Positions 37,273 through 51,178 are shown, counted from the whole stretch's first letter. The stretch: DNA of 63,122 bases, filler included, from Octopus bimaculoides (GCF_001194135.2; 4 parts of 3 records of this genome joined end to end with filler, not necessarily neighbours in it); one strand, 5' to 3'. Notes: generated by a model not told the origin, from the sequence alone. A program made the numbers and translations.

Positions 37273-38385
37273 GTACATATATATATATATATANNNNNNN
37301 NNNNNNNNNNNNNNNNNNNNNNNNNNNNNNNNNNNNNNNNNNNNNNNNNNNNNNNNNNNNNNNNNNNNNNNNNNNNNNNNNNNNNNNNNNNNNNNNNNNN
37401 NNNNNNNNNNNNNNNNNNNNNNNNNNNNNNNNNNNNNNNNNNNNNNNNNNNNNNNNNNNNNNNNNNNNNNNNNNNNNNNNNNNNNNNNNNNNNNNNNNNN
37501 NNNNNNNNNNNNNNNNNNNNNNNNNNNNNNNNNNNNNNNNNNNNNNNNNNNNNNNNNNNNNNNNNNNNNNNNNNNNNNNNNNNNNNNNNNNNNNNNNNNN
37601 NNNNNNNNNNNNNNNNNNNNNNNNNNNNNNNNNNNNNNNNNNNNNNNNNNNNNNNNNNNNNNNNNNNNNNNNNNNNNNNNNNNNNNNNNNNNNNNNNNNN
37701 NNNNNNNNNNNNNNNNNNNNNNNNNNNNNNNNNNNNNNNNNNNNNNNNNNNNNNNNNNNNNNNNNNNNNNNNNNNNNNNNNNNNNNNNNNNNNNNNNNNN
37801 NNNNNNNNNNNNNNNNNNNNNNNNNNNNNNNNNNNNNNNNNNNNNNNNNNNNNNNNNNNNNNNNNNNNNNNATATATATATATATATACACACATGCATA
37901 ACCTTGTCCTTTCAGTTAACGTCTAACAAATCTCCCATTCAGTAGGTGTCAATACGAACACATCAGAGCCTGCGCCTATATAACTTTATTTGCATTAGAA
38001 TTTGGTCTATCACCAGTCATGCCCGCCTGCTTATTGATTAAATATTTGAAAACGATTATTTTATGGATGTAGGTTTAGAATGTAAGTATTGTATCTGATA
38101 TAAATATTTTATTTCTAAGGAAAATATCAGCAGGCATCTCAATACCTCCGTTTAATAGCTTCATCGTACTAGCCTTCTTCTTCTGAAAACTTAACGCCAT
38201 GAAACGGGTGTTAGTATTCAGTTTACGGTGAAGTAATTTAGAAAAGTACCTCATTTATATTGGTATGGTTATGAAATATCAGACTTAAATTTCGTACATA
38301 TGATGATATCGTCGCTTATCTGCAACTATTGACCGTTATAATATAGGGGAGAAGAAACTAGTCTTTATTAAATATTTACAATTCT

Positions 38386-38520
38386 CCGCCAAGGTTGAAT
38401 TTGCATTTCACCCTTTCGGGGTCGATAAATTAAGCACCAGTTGAGTACTGGGGTCGATCTAATCGACTGGCCTCCTCCCCACAAAATTCAGGGCACTCTG
38501 CCTACAGTAGAAAAGAATAT
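38386..38520 (+). mobile_element. 5'-truncated Nin/Deu-domain SINE
   Basis: CCGCCAAGGTTGAATTTGCATTTCACCCTTTCGGGGTCGATAAATTAAGCACCAG...GTAGAAAAGAATAT. Confidence 0.85.
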
Positions 38521-38602
38521 ATACAAGTCTGTACATTCTTTGAGTGATATTACCAATCGTTTGCTCACTTACATACCTACTTAGCTATATAAATAAAGGT
38601 TG

Positions 38603-38652
<50 letters not shown>

Positions 38653-39351
38653 CACGGGTCTCTTTGGGCTTGTATCTACAAAATACTTTCACAAGCTTTT
38701 GTCGGCTAGACCTACAGCACAAAACACATGCTCAGGCGGTAGAAATTAGCCCAGTCACATGTATGAAAAGCAAGCTTCTCGCCACACAACCACATCATAT
38801 ATACTATATATTTATATTTGTATGTATGTATTTATGCATGTATATGTGTTTGTGCACTCACGGTATTAAAGTCGATGCTAGGTAGCACACCTAATAGGAT
38901 AAGCCGAGAGCTTTGAAACTAATACCATTACATTCTTAATATTTTGAACAACCTTCTAAATTATTTATTCTGGCCGAAACAGAAGACTAGAGAAACAACT
39001 TGAGAGTTTATTAAAATTAATTAAATCTCGAATATATTTTTTTCTAGAATGTCTTTGATATTTGCCAGAACGGTTACCGCTCCGGATATATTAGATATCG
39101 ATGATAATTGAAAACCGAATATAATACACATGAATGGAAGATAGCCGCATCAATAAATCCGATGGTTGATTAATTTTCTTCAACGCAGTGATATTATTCT
39201 TAGCACTGGAAAATGACAACAACATAGAACAATATTGTATAATAATCAGCAAGCAGTGATCTCTAATATTGTTACAAATGTAGAATTTAAACTTACACAT
39301 ATTACGTATACAATACGATTTGGAGAAAAATGAATTACTTTATAGCAAATA

Positions 39352-39585
39352 CAGTAATCCCTCGCAATGTCGTTGTTCACCTATCGCGGTTCACCTATCG
39401 CGGTTCACCTATCGTGGTTTATTATCTAAGATTCCTCTGTGGTGTTGTTTCGCATTTATAATAAAATAAATATATAGAAATTATAAGAATAATTAAAAAG
39501 AATATACAGTAGTCTTTTGACTTCGCAGATTTTCACCTATCGCGGGTTTTGGAGCATAACATCCGCGATAGTCGAGGGATCACTG
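39352..39585. mobile_element. Tigger/pogo-like MITE (234 bp) with TA target-site duplication
   Basis: TA|CAGTAATCCCTCG...CGAGGGATCACTG|TA (12/13 TIR match); internal TTCACCTATCG(C/T)GG repeats. Confidence 0.85.
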
Positions 39586-39702
39586 TATAATGATTACTTT
39601 AGCAACGACAGTTGCAATGATACCCGCAATGAGTGATATGATATCCGCGTAGCACATTGTTACGCATCCACACAAAAATCATTTACATGTAGATATGTCA
39701 AT

Positions 39703-39756
<54 letters not shown>

Positions 39757-39912
39757 CNNNNNNNNNNNNNNNNNNNNNNNNNNNNNNNNNNNNNNNNNNN
39801 NNNNNNNNNNNNNNNNNNNNNNNNNNNNNNNNNNNNNNNNNNNNNNNNNNNNNNNNNNNNNNNNNNNNNNNNNNNNNNNNNNNNNNNNNNNNNNNNNNNN
39901 NNNNNNNNNNNN

Positions 39913-39946
<34 letters not shown>

Positions 39947-40009
39947 TTATGCAAACGAGTAGTAAAACTTTCCAGTTGGACATGTTTTTAATCTTTTAAG
40001 TTTTGCCGG

Positions 40010-40310
40010 TTTGAATCATTAGATTGCGGCCTTGCAGGTACACCACCTTTCTTATCTAGTTGAATGAATGAATTGCTCCCAGTACTTCTTTCATTTAAGC
40101 CTGGTATTTATTATATCGGGCTTTATGCTGATCCACTAAGTTACGGGGACGCAAGCACACCGACACCGGTGGTCCAGCGGTAGAGGTGGGAAAAGCACAG
40201 ACACAAACACACACATATGCACACACATATGCACACGCATACACACACACACACACCTGCACACACACACACACATGTACGATGGTCTTCTTTGAGTTTC
40301 TCTCTACAAC
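40010..40310 (-). mobile_element. Degenerate OK-like SINE tail and partial head
   Basis: TAAGCCTGGTA.TTATT..ATCGG...CTAAGTTACGGGGACG...(CA)n..ACGATGGTCTTCTTTGAGTTTC. Confidence 0.75.
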
Positions 40311-40379
40311 GAGACTAGATATGACTGAACAGAACGCTAAATGAAGAACCAGTGAGAAATAATATCTAAGAAATACCAT

Positions 40380-41400
40380 ATATTTATTGAGTGTATGTCA
40401 TATCCAAGAAATTAAGAACATTGAGCAAAATCATGCCGTATCCAGGGCGATGAAGAGATCGCAGAACATGCATTTGATAATTGTTCCTGACAGGTATACT
40501 TGTCAAAACTATCAGTACGAAACAGAAGGAATGACATTCAGATACTTAATCTCGACAGGCATCAATGTGTCAATGCCTTTTCTGCAATCCAACAAAATAT
40601 TCTTTGCATATGAGGAAATTTCTCGCCAAACTGCAAGTATTTTCCCTGAGTAATCTGCAAAGGCTTGGACCTGTTCCATGATAAGAACTGGTGGGAACAC
40701 AAACCCGGAAGTGCTTGAAGATGACCACATCTCACTCATTTGGAACTTCACTGTTCAAACTGACAGAAAGATAGATGCGAACACGTGAGACATTATATTG
40801 AAAGACTTCAGGCAAAAAATATACCTCCTTATCGATATGACTGACCCAATCCAACATGAATGTATCTGTCAAGACCGACTAAAAACTAATCAAGCATAAA
40901 GATCTTGAAATAAAAATTGGCAAAATGTGGAATGTCAAAACTAAGACAATATCCTTTGGCATAGGTGCCATAGGAATGATAGCAAAAGAGGATGATTGCT
41001 GCATAACTGAGATACCAGGAAATACCCAAATGGAAGAAATTATAAAAATAGTGCCTATTGGAACTGCCATTTCCTACGTAAAATACTGTCTATGTAATCC
41101 GAAAAATATTCTAATCTACAAACAGTGTCAAAATACTTTTAAATGTACATAGCAACAAACACCTTTTACTGTCATCTTAACATCAGACTACCATCTCACC
41201 AAATTAATTTAAAGACAAACTTTTAATTTCCTTATGTTTTGATAGACATTCTTTAGAACAATACTTGTGCAAAACTAGCTATAGAGCACCCTAGTCATAA
41301 TACCAACTTGAACTTTTAACTTGTTGTCTCTCGATGTCTCTGTGTATGACTTGGAGCCAACTTGTACAAGATCAAAACAAAAACCAACCATATGATAATA
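40380..41400 (+). mobile_element. R4/Dong-like non-LTR retrotransposon 3' remnant (restriction-like endonuclease domain plus 3' UTR)
   Basis: KNWWEHKP..VLEDDHISLIWNFTVQTDRKIDANT*DIILKD..LIDM..KHKDLEIKIGKMWNVKTKTISFGIGAIGMI..IPGN..EEIIKIVPIGTA, matching the REL PD-(D/E)xK region. Confidence 0.8.
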
Positions 41401-41439
41401 AGAATATAGTAGTTTTCCAATTAAACCATATCCCTTTGA

Positions 41440-41810
41440 TTCCAGGATCATAAAGGAAGAAAACGACAGACAAAAATATACAATCCATTATAATTTGAAA
41501 TTGAAAGAATTTCGAATATGGATGCTGCAATATTTGTGCCTAAAGTTATTGGTGCATTCGCAAGTGTAAGGAAAGGTATAGACAAATGGTTGCAAGAGAT
41601 TAGAATAGTATGTGAATAGTATGTCCTGAAGAGCTTCTACAGAAACTTTGCCTTTTCGGGACAGGAAAGATTATCAGGAAGGATGTAAACACTTGAAATA
41701 CTGTTAAAAGCTAGTGGATATCTAAGGTTCCAAGTAGTAACCCGCAATCGAGATAAATACTAGCAAAAATAAGACCGAACATGAGTCAAATGAATAATAA
41801 TAATAATGAA

Positions 41811-41866
<56 letters not shown>
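41440..41866 (+). mobile_element. Second R4/Dong-like 3' end with (AAT)n tail
   Basis: FEIERISNMDAAIFVPKVIGAFASVRKGIDKWLQEIRI..ELLQKLCLFGTGKIIRK, then a short UTR and an (AAT)n run to ~41866. Confidence 0.7.
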
Positions 41867-41868
<2 letters not shown>

Positions 41869-42294
41869 CGTGCGATCACACACGCAAAACCAACACCGGA
41901 AAGTTTACAAACTATATAAAAAAGAAATAGAACAAAATAGTAAGTACATATATTGAATAACTACGCATACACTCGAACGTGTACACAAAGATATATACGT
42001 TTCGATACCCACAGAACTACGCATGCATCTTAATGTTTACACAACTACCTGAAAATCACAGGACACACTCACGCATACGAAAACACATATCACACACGAA
42101 GCAAAACCAAAACTTTTTTTTCTTCTTTATATATTTTTATTTTGTGAACAAACACAGACAGTGAACCATTCATAAGTTTAAAACGCCACACACANNNNNN
42201 NNNNNNNNNNNNNNNNNNNNNNNNNNNNNNNNNNNNNNTTAATTAATTAANNNNNNNNNNNNNNNNNNNNNNNNNNNNNNNNNNNNNNNNNNNN

Positions 42295-42334
<40 letters not shown>

Positions 42335-42861
42335 GTGTGTGTGTGTGTGTGTGTGTGTGTGTCCTTAGCAACAAACGTATATTTATTTACACGAAGAAAC
42401 ATGAAAGATATAATACAGTTACAGAAATAACATACGTCCTATACATAATAACGTATCTTGTATACATATATAAACACAAGCGTATATAATTGCCTAAACA
42501 CACATACATATACACACAGCAACTATAAGGAAGCATATCTAAACAGCTTAAACACGCATGTATCCACAAATACATCCAGTCAAATGATTGAAACAAGTAA
42601 CAAAAATAAAAGGGATATATATATATTTAACGTTGCGTCCTGCCCGAAGCTCGTCGAAACGCCGGTGTTAAAACGTGGGTAGCTGATGAAGTAGAATGTT
42701 CTCTATGTGGCTCGTGTGTTCTCGTCTACGTTTGTTTGCAATGTCCTGTACCCAGATATGCACCTATACATACAGGTGGATGTCGGTATGCACATACCTG
42801 TACGTATATATGCATATACTCATTTACTTTTGTTTTTATATATATATATATATATATATAT

Positions 42862-43270
42862 TTCTTTTATTCGTTTCAGTCATTTGACTGCGGCCATGCT
42901 TGAGCACCACCTTTAGTCGAACAAATCGACCCTAAGACTTATTCTTTGTAAGCCTAGTACTTATTCTATCGGTCAGTTCTGCCAAACCGCTAAGTTACAG
43001 GGACGTAAACACACCAACATCGGTTGTCAAGTGATGATGGGTGGGGCAAACACGGATACAAAAAACAAACACACACACACATACATATATATACATATAT
43101 ATATATATACGACGGGCTTCTTTCAATTTCCGTCTACAAAATCCATTCACAAGGTTTAGGTCGGCCCGAGGCTATAGTAGAAGACATTTGCCCAAGGTGC
43201 TATGCAGTGGGACTGAACCCGAAACCATGTGTTTGGGAAGCAAGCTTCTTTCCACACAGCACGCCTCCGC
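42862..43270 (-). mobile_element. Full-length composite OK-like SINE
   Basis: Well-preserved tail, (CA)/(TA) core and head (…GTGGGACTGAACCCGAAACCATGTG…CCACACAGC). Confidence 0.9.
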
Positions 43271-43274
43271 CCAA

Positions 43275-43348
<74 letters not shown>

Positions 43349-43814
43349 ATATACACACATATATATTATACATATATTACGTGTGTATATATACACCCAC
43401 AGACATACACACACACACAAAGAAACATACACAAATAAAGCGCAACGTTTGAAACACAGAACGTGAAGAATTACTGAGCAAAAATCAAAGAAGTGAAGAG
43501 GATCATTTGTGAAGAAAAGTGCCATGGAATGTCGAGTGTGAAATATTCCTGTAATTTATGGCTTTCGAAAGAATATCCCAACAGGGCCCACTTATAATTA
43601 GCTGACAAGTCCCTCGAAATCCCTATCGTCTCTTGTGAATCCTTAATCTTCTATTTTCATTACTAGCGTACGAGCAGTTTCACCTTGACATTTTAAAGAA
43701 GTAACGGAGGGAGATGTTGGTCTATTTTTGTTCTCGATACACGTCAAAGAATTTAGAGCAACCCTTGTCAATGTTTGAAGGACCTACCTGAACAATGTGT
43801 GGCATCTTTCACCT

Positions 43815-44015
43815 TTTGCTTGTCTCAGACATTAGACTGCAGCCATACTGGGACACCGCCTTCAAGAATTTATTTAGTCGAATGAATCGACTCCAGTAAT
43901 TTTTCCTTTAAGCCTGGTAGTTATTCTACAGGTCTTTTTTTCTTTTTTTTTTTTTGGTCGAACTGTTGAGTTATGGGGACACTGCTTGACAACCGGTGTC
44001 AGGAGACAAACACAC
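43815..44015 (-). mobile_element. Degenerate OK-like SINE tail
   Basis: GACTGCAGCCATACTGGGACACCGCC...TAAGCCTGGTAGTTATTCTA...GGAGACAAACAC. Confidence 0.7.
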
Positions 44016-44200
44016 ATACACATTATTTATTTAAAGGTCATAATACATGTATCTCCTACAAATAGTTTCATGTGTTGAAAACACTCAGATATATTCCTCA
44101 GGCGCAAACCACATATCATAACGAACTAAAGAAACAGAATAATAGAAGAAACACGTAAACAAATTGTGACCTTTCGATAGAATAATATTTATCTCTCACC

Positions 44201-44698
44201 AAGGCAGCGGGTGAAATGCTTAGCGGTATTTCGTCTACCTATACGTTCTGAGTTCAAATTCCGCCGAGGTCGACTTATTCTTTCGGGGTCGATAAATTAA
44301 GTACAAGTTGCGTACTGGGGTGGATCTAATCGACCCCAGGGCTTATTCTTTGTAAGCCTAGCACTTATTCTATCGGTCTGTTTTTGCCGAAACCCTAAGT
44401 TACGGGGACGTAAATACACCAACATCGGCTGTCAAGCGATGGTGGGGGACAAACACACACACACAAACATATACATATATACGACGTGATTCTTTCAGTT
44501 TCCCGCCAACCAAATCCACTTACAAGGCTTTGGTCGGCCCGAGGATATATATATATATATATATATATACATGACAGGCTTCTTTCAGTTTCCATCTAAC
44601 GAATCCATTCAGAAGGCAGCTGGTCGGCCCGAGGCTATAACAGTAGACACTTGCGCAACCATGTGGTTGGGAAGCAAGCTTCTTACCTCCCGCCACAC
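44201..44698. mobile_element. Tail-to-tail SINE chimera: + strand Nin/Deu SINE (44201-44334) fused to - strand OK-like SINE (44328-44698)
   Basis: Junction CTGGGGTGGATCTAATCGACCCCAGG; the OK-like part also has an internal duplication (44482-44544 vs 44572-44634). Confidence 0.8.
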
Positions 44699-45119
44699 AT
44701 TGAATATGAATATATTAAAGTGGTACCCGTCTTATGATGAGGTACTTTGGAAGGTATATTTTTGCTACCATGAGTAATATCGAAATATATGTCATACATC
44801 ACAGTATCAAAATATCTACCGGACCATCAGAAGTTGTTATGCACCGCTCTAGTCACAATGCACTTCGAATCCAATTCATTCTTAATACGTTCCGGCAGAC
44901 TTGAACGTGAAAATGCAAATCGCTGTTATATTTTCTTCTACGAAGAACAACTTTGTTTCTTATTTATATAACTTCCAGCATAAACACTGTCGTATACTCC
45001 TTCTCCTCCTCCTTCTCTGACACTGGTGATACTGTCTCAATCTGTGCGAGTGTGTGTGTGTTTGCGAGTGTGTGGTGTTCTTTTACTCACTGCCTGCCAC
45101 CAAGCCTAGTATGCGCACT

Positions 45120-46790
45120 TCTCCTGTACCTCTTATATTAACTCTCTCTTTCCTTTCTATATATCTCTTTCTCTCTCTGAATCTCTCTCTCTTTCTCTCT
45201 GTATCTCTCCCTCTCTTTTTATCTCTCTCTCTGTATCTTTCCCTCTCTTTTTATCTCTCTCTCTCTCTCTCTCTCTCTGTATCTCTCTCTCTCTCCCTCT
45301 GTATTTCTCTCCTTTGTCTTTGTCTCTCTGTCTGTCAGTCTTTCCCCCCCCCCTCTCTCTCTCTCTCCGATGTGAAGCACGTGACTACAGCAATCAGCCA
45401 ATTCCGTACTACAATACAACCACTTCTACCACTGAGAACAATACTAGCGCCACCTTCTCTACCAATACCAACACAACCACCAGCTACCACACTACCACAG
45501 CACCACTACCACCAGCTCCTATACCATATACATAGCTGTTTGTGTCAGCAAACACACCAATGCATTCTAATAGCAAACAGATGTCCAATGTTCATAGGCG
45601 GATGATGGGGAGGCTGTTGTGTTTGGTGGTGGTGGTGGTGGTGGTGGTGGTGGTGGTGGTGGAGATTGTTGTGACGATGGTGATGGTGGTGGGTAGGGAT
45701 GGAAGTGATAGTAGAGGTGGTGGCANNNNNNNNNNNNNNNNNNNNNNNNNNNNNNNNNNNNNNNNNNNNNNNNNNNNNNNNNNNNNNNNNNNNNNNNNNN
45801 NNNNNNNNNNNNNNNNNNNNNNNNNNNNNNNNNNNNNNNNNNNNNNNNNNNNNNNNNNNNNNNNNNNNNNNNNNNNNNNNNNNNNNNNNNNNNNNNNNNN
45901 NNNNNNNNNNNNNNNNNNNNNNNNNNNNNNNNNNNNNNNNNNNNNNNNNNNNNNNNNNNNNNNNNNNNNNNNNNNNNNNNNNNNNNNNNNNNNNNNNNNN
46001 NNNNNNNNNNNNNNNNNNNNNNNNNNNNNNNNNNNNNNNNNNNNNNNNNNNNGATGGTGGTGGTGGTGGTTGTGGCGGCGGTGGTGGTGGTGATGGTGGT
46101 GGTGGTGGCGTCGGCGAATAGCAGAGATAAATTATGGAGATGGGAAAAGAAGTAGGAGGAAGCGGAGTGAGATAGTGTACGAGAGGAAGATTAGAGGAGT
46201 AGTGAGAGGGAAGGGAGGGAGGGGGGAGACATGAGAACGAAATGAAGAAGAAAGAGAGAAGGGAAGAGACAGAACATAGGACTGAGGAAAGAGAAAGAGA
46301 GAACGAGAAAGCGAGGAGGAATGAGAGAGGGAGAGAAAGAGAGATAGAAGGAGAGAAGGAATGAGAGAGAGAGAGAGAGAAAGAGAGAGGAATGAGAGAG
46401 AAGGAGAGAGAGAGAAAGAGAGAGAAGAATAAGAGAGAGAAAGTGAGAGAGAGAGGAGAAATGAGAGAGAGAGAGAGGAAGAAAGAGAGAGAGAAAGAGA
46501 GAGAGGAGGAATGAGAGAGAAAGAGAGAGATAGAAGGAGAGAGGAATGAGAGAGATAGAAGGAGAGAGGAATGAGAGAGATAGAAGGAGAGAGGAATGAG
46601 AGAGATAGAAGGAGAGAGGAATGAGAGAGAGAGAGAAAGAGAGAGAGAGGAATAAGAGAGAGAAAGTGAGAGAGAGAGAGGAGAAATGAGAGAAAGATAG
46701 AGAGAGGATGAATGAGAGAGAAAGATAGAGAGAGGATGAATGAGAGAGAAAGAGAGAGAGGAGGAATGAGAAAGAAAAAGAGAAAGAGGA
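45120..46790. repeat. Large low-complexity block: (CT)n, (CCA/GGT)n and GA-rich sequence including 4 copies of a 25-bp unit at 46523-46622
   Basis: Direct inspection; unit GAGAGAGATAGAAGGAGAGAGGAAT; N-gap at 45726-46051. Confidence 0.9.
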
Positions 46791-47920
46791 GGTTTGGTCT
46801 TAGGACGTAGGAAGCCGGAGGACGTGCTGCTAAGCATTTTGTCCGATCTGCTAATTTAGGAACAGTAACCACGAAATCTTTTTGATTTTCGCGAAAATTC
46901 CATTCAGTTCTGTACCAGGTTATTAAGTGTGACTAAATATGTGCGCAGCACGTTGGGTCGGTGTGCTTGACCACAGCTGTGCTTGACCAGGGATGATCGA
47001 TATTTTGTGAACGGAATTTGGTAACCGCAATCTGTTCAAAATTTCGTCATGAATAGAGATGTGTGTTTTGTGTCTTATTGTTTCGCCATCGCGCTCTAAT
47101 TGCAAATACCTAAAGCCAATCGTCTTTATACAGCTATAACACTACTGCTTTTAAATAAACTTATCCAGCTTCTGGTGTACGTAAAGCAAAATTCTATTCA
47201 ACATCAAATAACGATTATAGGTCCCTACTTGCTTTTAGCCCCACCAACCCCTATAAAATCACTAAGGAATCTATCACCATATAACAAAGTTCTCATCGTG
47301 TCTGCGTATAACATATTTGGTGTTTTACGTTAGGAAGATACGTGAATGGATGCGTATCACAAGGAAGAGACCGCAAAGCTTGAAGTTTAATCGTCCAAAA
47401 TAAACTTCTTGTTTGTATGTGTGTGTTTGTGTCTCGTTGTTTTGCAATCATACGTTGTTAGTTGTAAACAAATGTGGCTGTCATATTAGCGGTGTTTATT
47501 GTTTGCAATCCTCCATGGAAACATGTCCGGTTGTCGCTGCTACTACTAATTTTCAAATGAGTAAACTGAAAAAAAGGACATGAAATGTGGCGCCAAGCTC
47601 AAAGCACAACGCGCCGCCTGGGACGAGGATAATATCTAAGTGCGACTAAAACGAATGAAACAAATGCATGAAAATTAAAATAAAGTTACATACATAATAT
47701 ATTGTACGGTTTCTCCAGCAGCAAGCGTGATTCTAGGAGTCGGGCTTTCATAGGAATATAGGGGGACGCGATTCCTTCATCAGTGGACCTGCAAAGAGAG
47801 AAGATGTAAGAGCACCTTATTGTTTATGTACGCTACAGTGTAAAGACTGGTGACACATACAAGTAGCTGAAACATCAAGAACATGCTTGATATGATAGTC
47901 AGTATATATATATATATATA

Positions 47921-48011
47921 CTAGCAGAAATACCCGGCGTTGCCCGGGTTAAAGAGAATAATGAAATCTAAAAACGCCGTCTAGACTACGCATCATCTTT
48001 ATATATAGAGA
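47921..48011 (-). mobile_element. 91-bp non-autonomous mini-Helitron
   Basis: Minus strand A|TCTCTATATATAAAG...CCCGGGCAACGCCGGG-TATTTCTG-CTAG|T: 5' TC, 3' CTAG, subterminal GC hairpin, A/T insertion site, no TSD. Confidence 0.85.
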
Positions 48012-48384
48012 TGTATATACACACACGCACCCAAACACACGTATATATATGTATATCAATATAAATATATGAAAGTCAATGAAGTTTCGTAAAAGAAGGT
48101 GATCATGTACATACTTTCTTGCTGTTGTGATTATAACACCTCATTGTAAACTATGTTCCTTGTTTTCCCTTGTGGAGCATATACAAATAGGTTTTTTGTT
48201 NNNNNNNNNNNNNNNNNNNNNNNNNNNNNNNNNNNNNNNNNNNNTTAATTAATTAANNNNNNNNNNNNNNNNNNNNNNNNNNNNNNNNNNNNNNNNNNNN
48301 ATTATATATAATTATATATAGACCGGAGTAAGCACATAAATGTGCAACAAGCTGGAAAAAAGAGCACTCAATAAATAAAGTATA

Positions 48385-48423
<39 letters not shown>

Positions 48424-48639
48424 ATATATATATATATGTTGGATTCCTTCGTCGTGAGCGACAAATGAGGGTTCCGTAAGATAAAGAGGTTATCATGTTC
48501 TATCGATACGCTTGTCTCTTGAGGCCGGCTGGTGCCTATATATATAGAGGAATGTTTGTGTGTGCACAGAATGTATCTACTCTCTCAGATATGTTATATT
48601 AATTCCGAATTTTGACACCAAAACAGCAATTTCGGGTGA

Positions 48640-48805
48640 GAGGATAGGTTGTTTACATCGACCCCAGTCTCTCACTGGTACTAATGCTATCGATCCCGAA
48701 AGCACGAGTGTACAAGTCGACCTCGGCGGAATCAGAACGTAAGGACATACGAAATGCTGCTATGCATTTTGCCCGGCGTACTAACTATTCTCTCAGCTTG
48801 TCGCT
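48640..48805 (-). mobile_element. Nin/Deu-domain SINE
   Basis: CATCGACCCCAG...ACTGGTAC...CCCGAAAG...AGTCGACCTCGGCGGAATCAGAACGTAA...GCATTTTGCCCGGCGTACTAAC. Confidence 0.8.
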
Positions 48806-49261
48806 TTTGAAACTTGTTATATTGGAGACACAAACGTGTCCAATTATTTTCTTAATGAATATTCATATTTCATTTTCCGTTAATGATGCTTCCCTTGGAA
48901 CAATATTAAAGACAAAAGTACAAACCAAAAATCAATACATAGAGACAGAACACGCGTAATATACTATGAAAGTAATTTGGAGTTAACAGTTAAACAAATT
49001 TTAAATCTGGTGATAAAGATTTTATCAATTACGACATCATTCTCATGATATTAGCTGCTTGCTAGAGAGAAAGAAAAACGACAGCAGAATCACGCCTGTC
49101 TTCAGTGTATCATTTAGCAGATGACTCCAAAACTTAATGGAAGCGATAATGGGTTTATGAACATTGATTCTAAATAAACACAAAAGACTACTAATAATAT
49201 ATGAGAAAATCATTCAGCTCGAGCATCTTCGTGTCTCCAGTGTTCTATACACATACATCAA

Positions 49262-49310
<49 letters not shown>

Positions 49311-49332
49311 TGTATGTATGTATGTATGCATG

Positions 49333-49399
<67 letters not shown>

Positions 49400-51178
49400 A
49401 TGTTTGTATATATGTATACATGTTTGTATATGCACTTGTACATACATACATATGGAATAATAGTTTCAGTGAAAGGACTGTAAATGTTCGAGTAAACATT
49501 TTCAAAATTCAGAGTCAACAGTGTTATAATATAAAAGAGAAATTAACATAAATTCTTGTACAAAACAGACATCACGACTTTCCTACAATGTCATTATGAG
49601 ACACTCGCTCTCTCTCTCTCTCTCTCACACACACACAGAAATAGATACACGCACACATACACAAACATGCACACACATATCTGTATATATGAGTGCGTAT
49701 GTATATATGTACATATACGTATATCTGAGTGTCTGTCTCACTTTCTGTATATGAATGTATGTGTATATACATACATACATATATATANNNNNNNNNNNNN
49801 NNNNNNNNNNNNNNNNNNNNNNNNNNNNNNNNNNNNNNNNNNNNNNNNNNNNNNNNNNNNNNNNNNNNNNNNNNNNNNNNNNNNNNNNNNNNNNNNNNNN
49901 NNNNNNNNNNNNNNNNNNNNNNNNNNNNNNNNNNNNNNNNNNNNNNNNNNNNNNNNNNNNNNNNNNNNNNNNNNNNNNNNNNNNNNNNNNNNNNNNNNNN
50001 NNNNNNNNNNNNNNNNNNNNNNNNNNNNNNNNNNNNNNNNNNNNNNNNNNNNNNNNNNNNNNNNNNNNNNNNNNNNNNNNNNNNNNNNNNNNNNNNNNNN
50101 NNNNNNNNNNNNNNNNNNNNNNNNNNNNNNNNNNTATATATATATAAATGGATGTGTGTATTTTTCCCTTGTTTACAATTAACAATGAATAAATAGATAA
50201 ACAGTTACCAGGGCAGAACAAATTTGGATAACCCCTGCGTTTAACTCCATTTATATATATACTCTTACTCGTTGCAGCCATGCGGCCGTGGTCAAAATCC
50301 TTGTTACATAGAATATGGCATCAGCATGTAACATGCTTCCCCTAATTAGGTAACAATGACGTCGGAAGTACACAGAAACACACTCAAGCCTTATGTTGGT
50401 GCATTTGTGTATACAATTACATGGACGAGTGCATATTTGATTTAGGAATCAATGTTTAGCGAGTTGTATACTTCCAAATTACAGGCGACTGGTTAAAAAT
50501 ACGCCTAAAAGTTTTAAGCTTAGAGTAGTTTTGGTAAAGCACAGCACGATATTTTATGTTAGATGCGTTATACAGCCAATGCAATGCCAACTGTAATATA
50601 GAAGTGAAAAACAGAAAGACGACAGAGAAATGATCTTACCTTACTTTATTTTCTATAATTTGGTGTATTAATAATCCCTTGTGAGGAAGAATTAGATGTT
50701 GTCAATCTGGTATCTTTTACTGAGCTCCACATCTGACAAAATGGTATTTACTCCGAAACATAATTATATAATGTATTAAAAGTTATTCTTGTTATCCATA
50801 CTTTTGATTTCATACCTATATTTGAATTTGCATTGCATTGGCTTTTGATGTTTAAAATTGCTCAGTTACCTCTGTAAACAATTTTTTGGGAAAAGACAAA
50901 GACATAAATATAAAAATATTTTAAAAAAATATATGCTGACTGGAACTTAAAATTTTGCTTATGGGCTTGCTCTGCTAGTCTAGTTGAATAAATCACAAGT
51001 TGGCTCTACAGTCAACATTGAATTACTATCAACGAATTTTCCGTTGTTATTCTTTAACTTGCTTTAAAATAATCACCGCAATTTCAAAAATACATTTATT
51101 GCTATTAGGCTCAGACACGTTTATTTGGTTTTGCAAGCACGTTATTTCAGCTTTGATCCAACTTTATATAGATATACA

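Noticed and set aside
42630-42700. Possible second hammerhead (CGAAACGCCGGTGT ... CTGATGAAG)
   Set aside because: A quasi-palindromic stem III is present, but the upstream core reads CTGCCCGA and no stem I or II can be completed around CTGATGA at 42683; at best a PLE-terminus relic.
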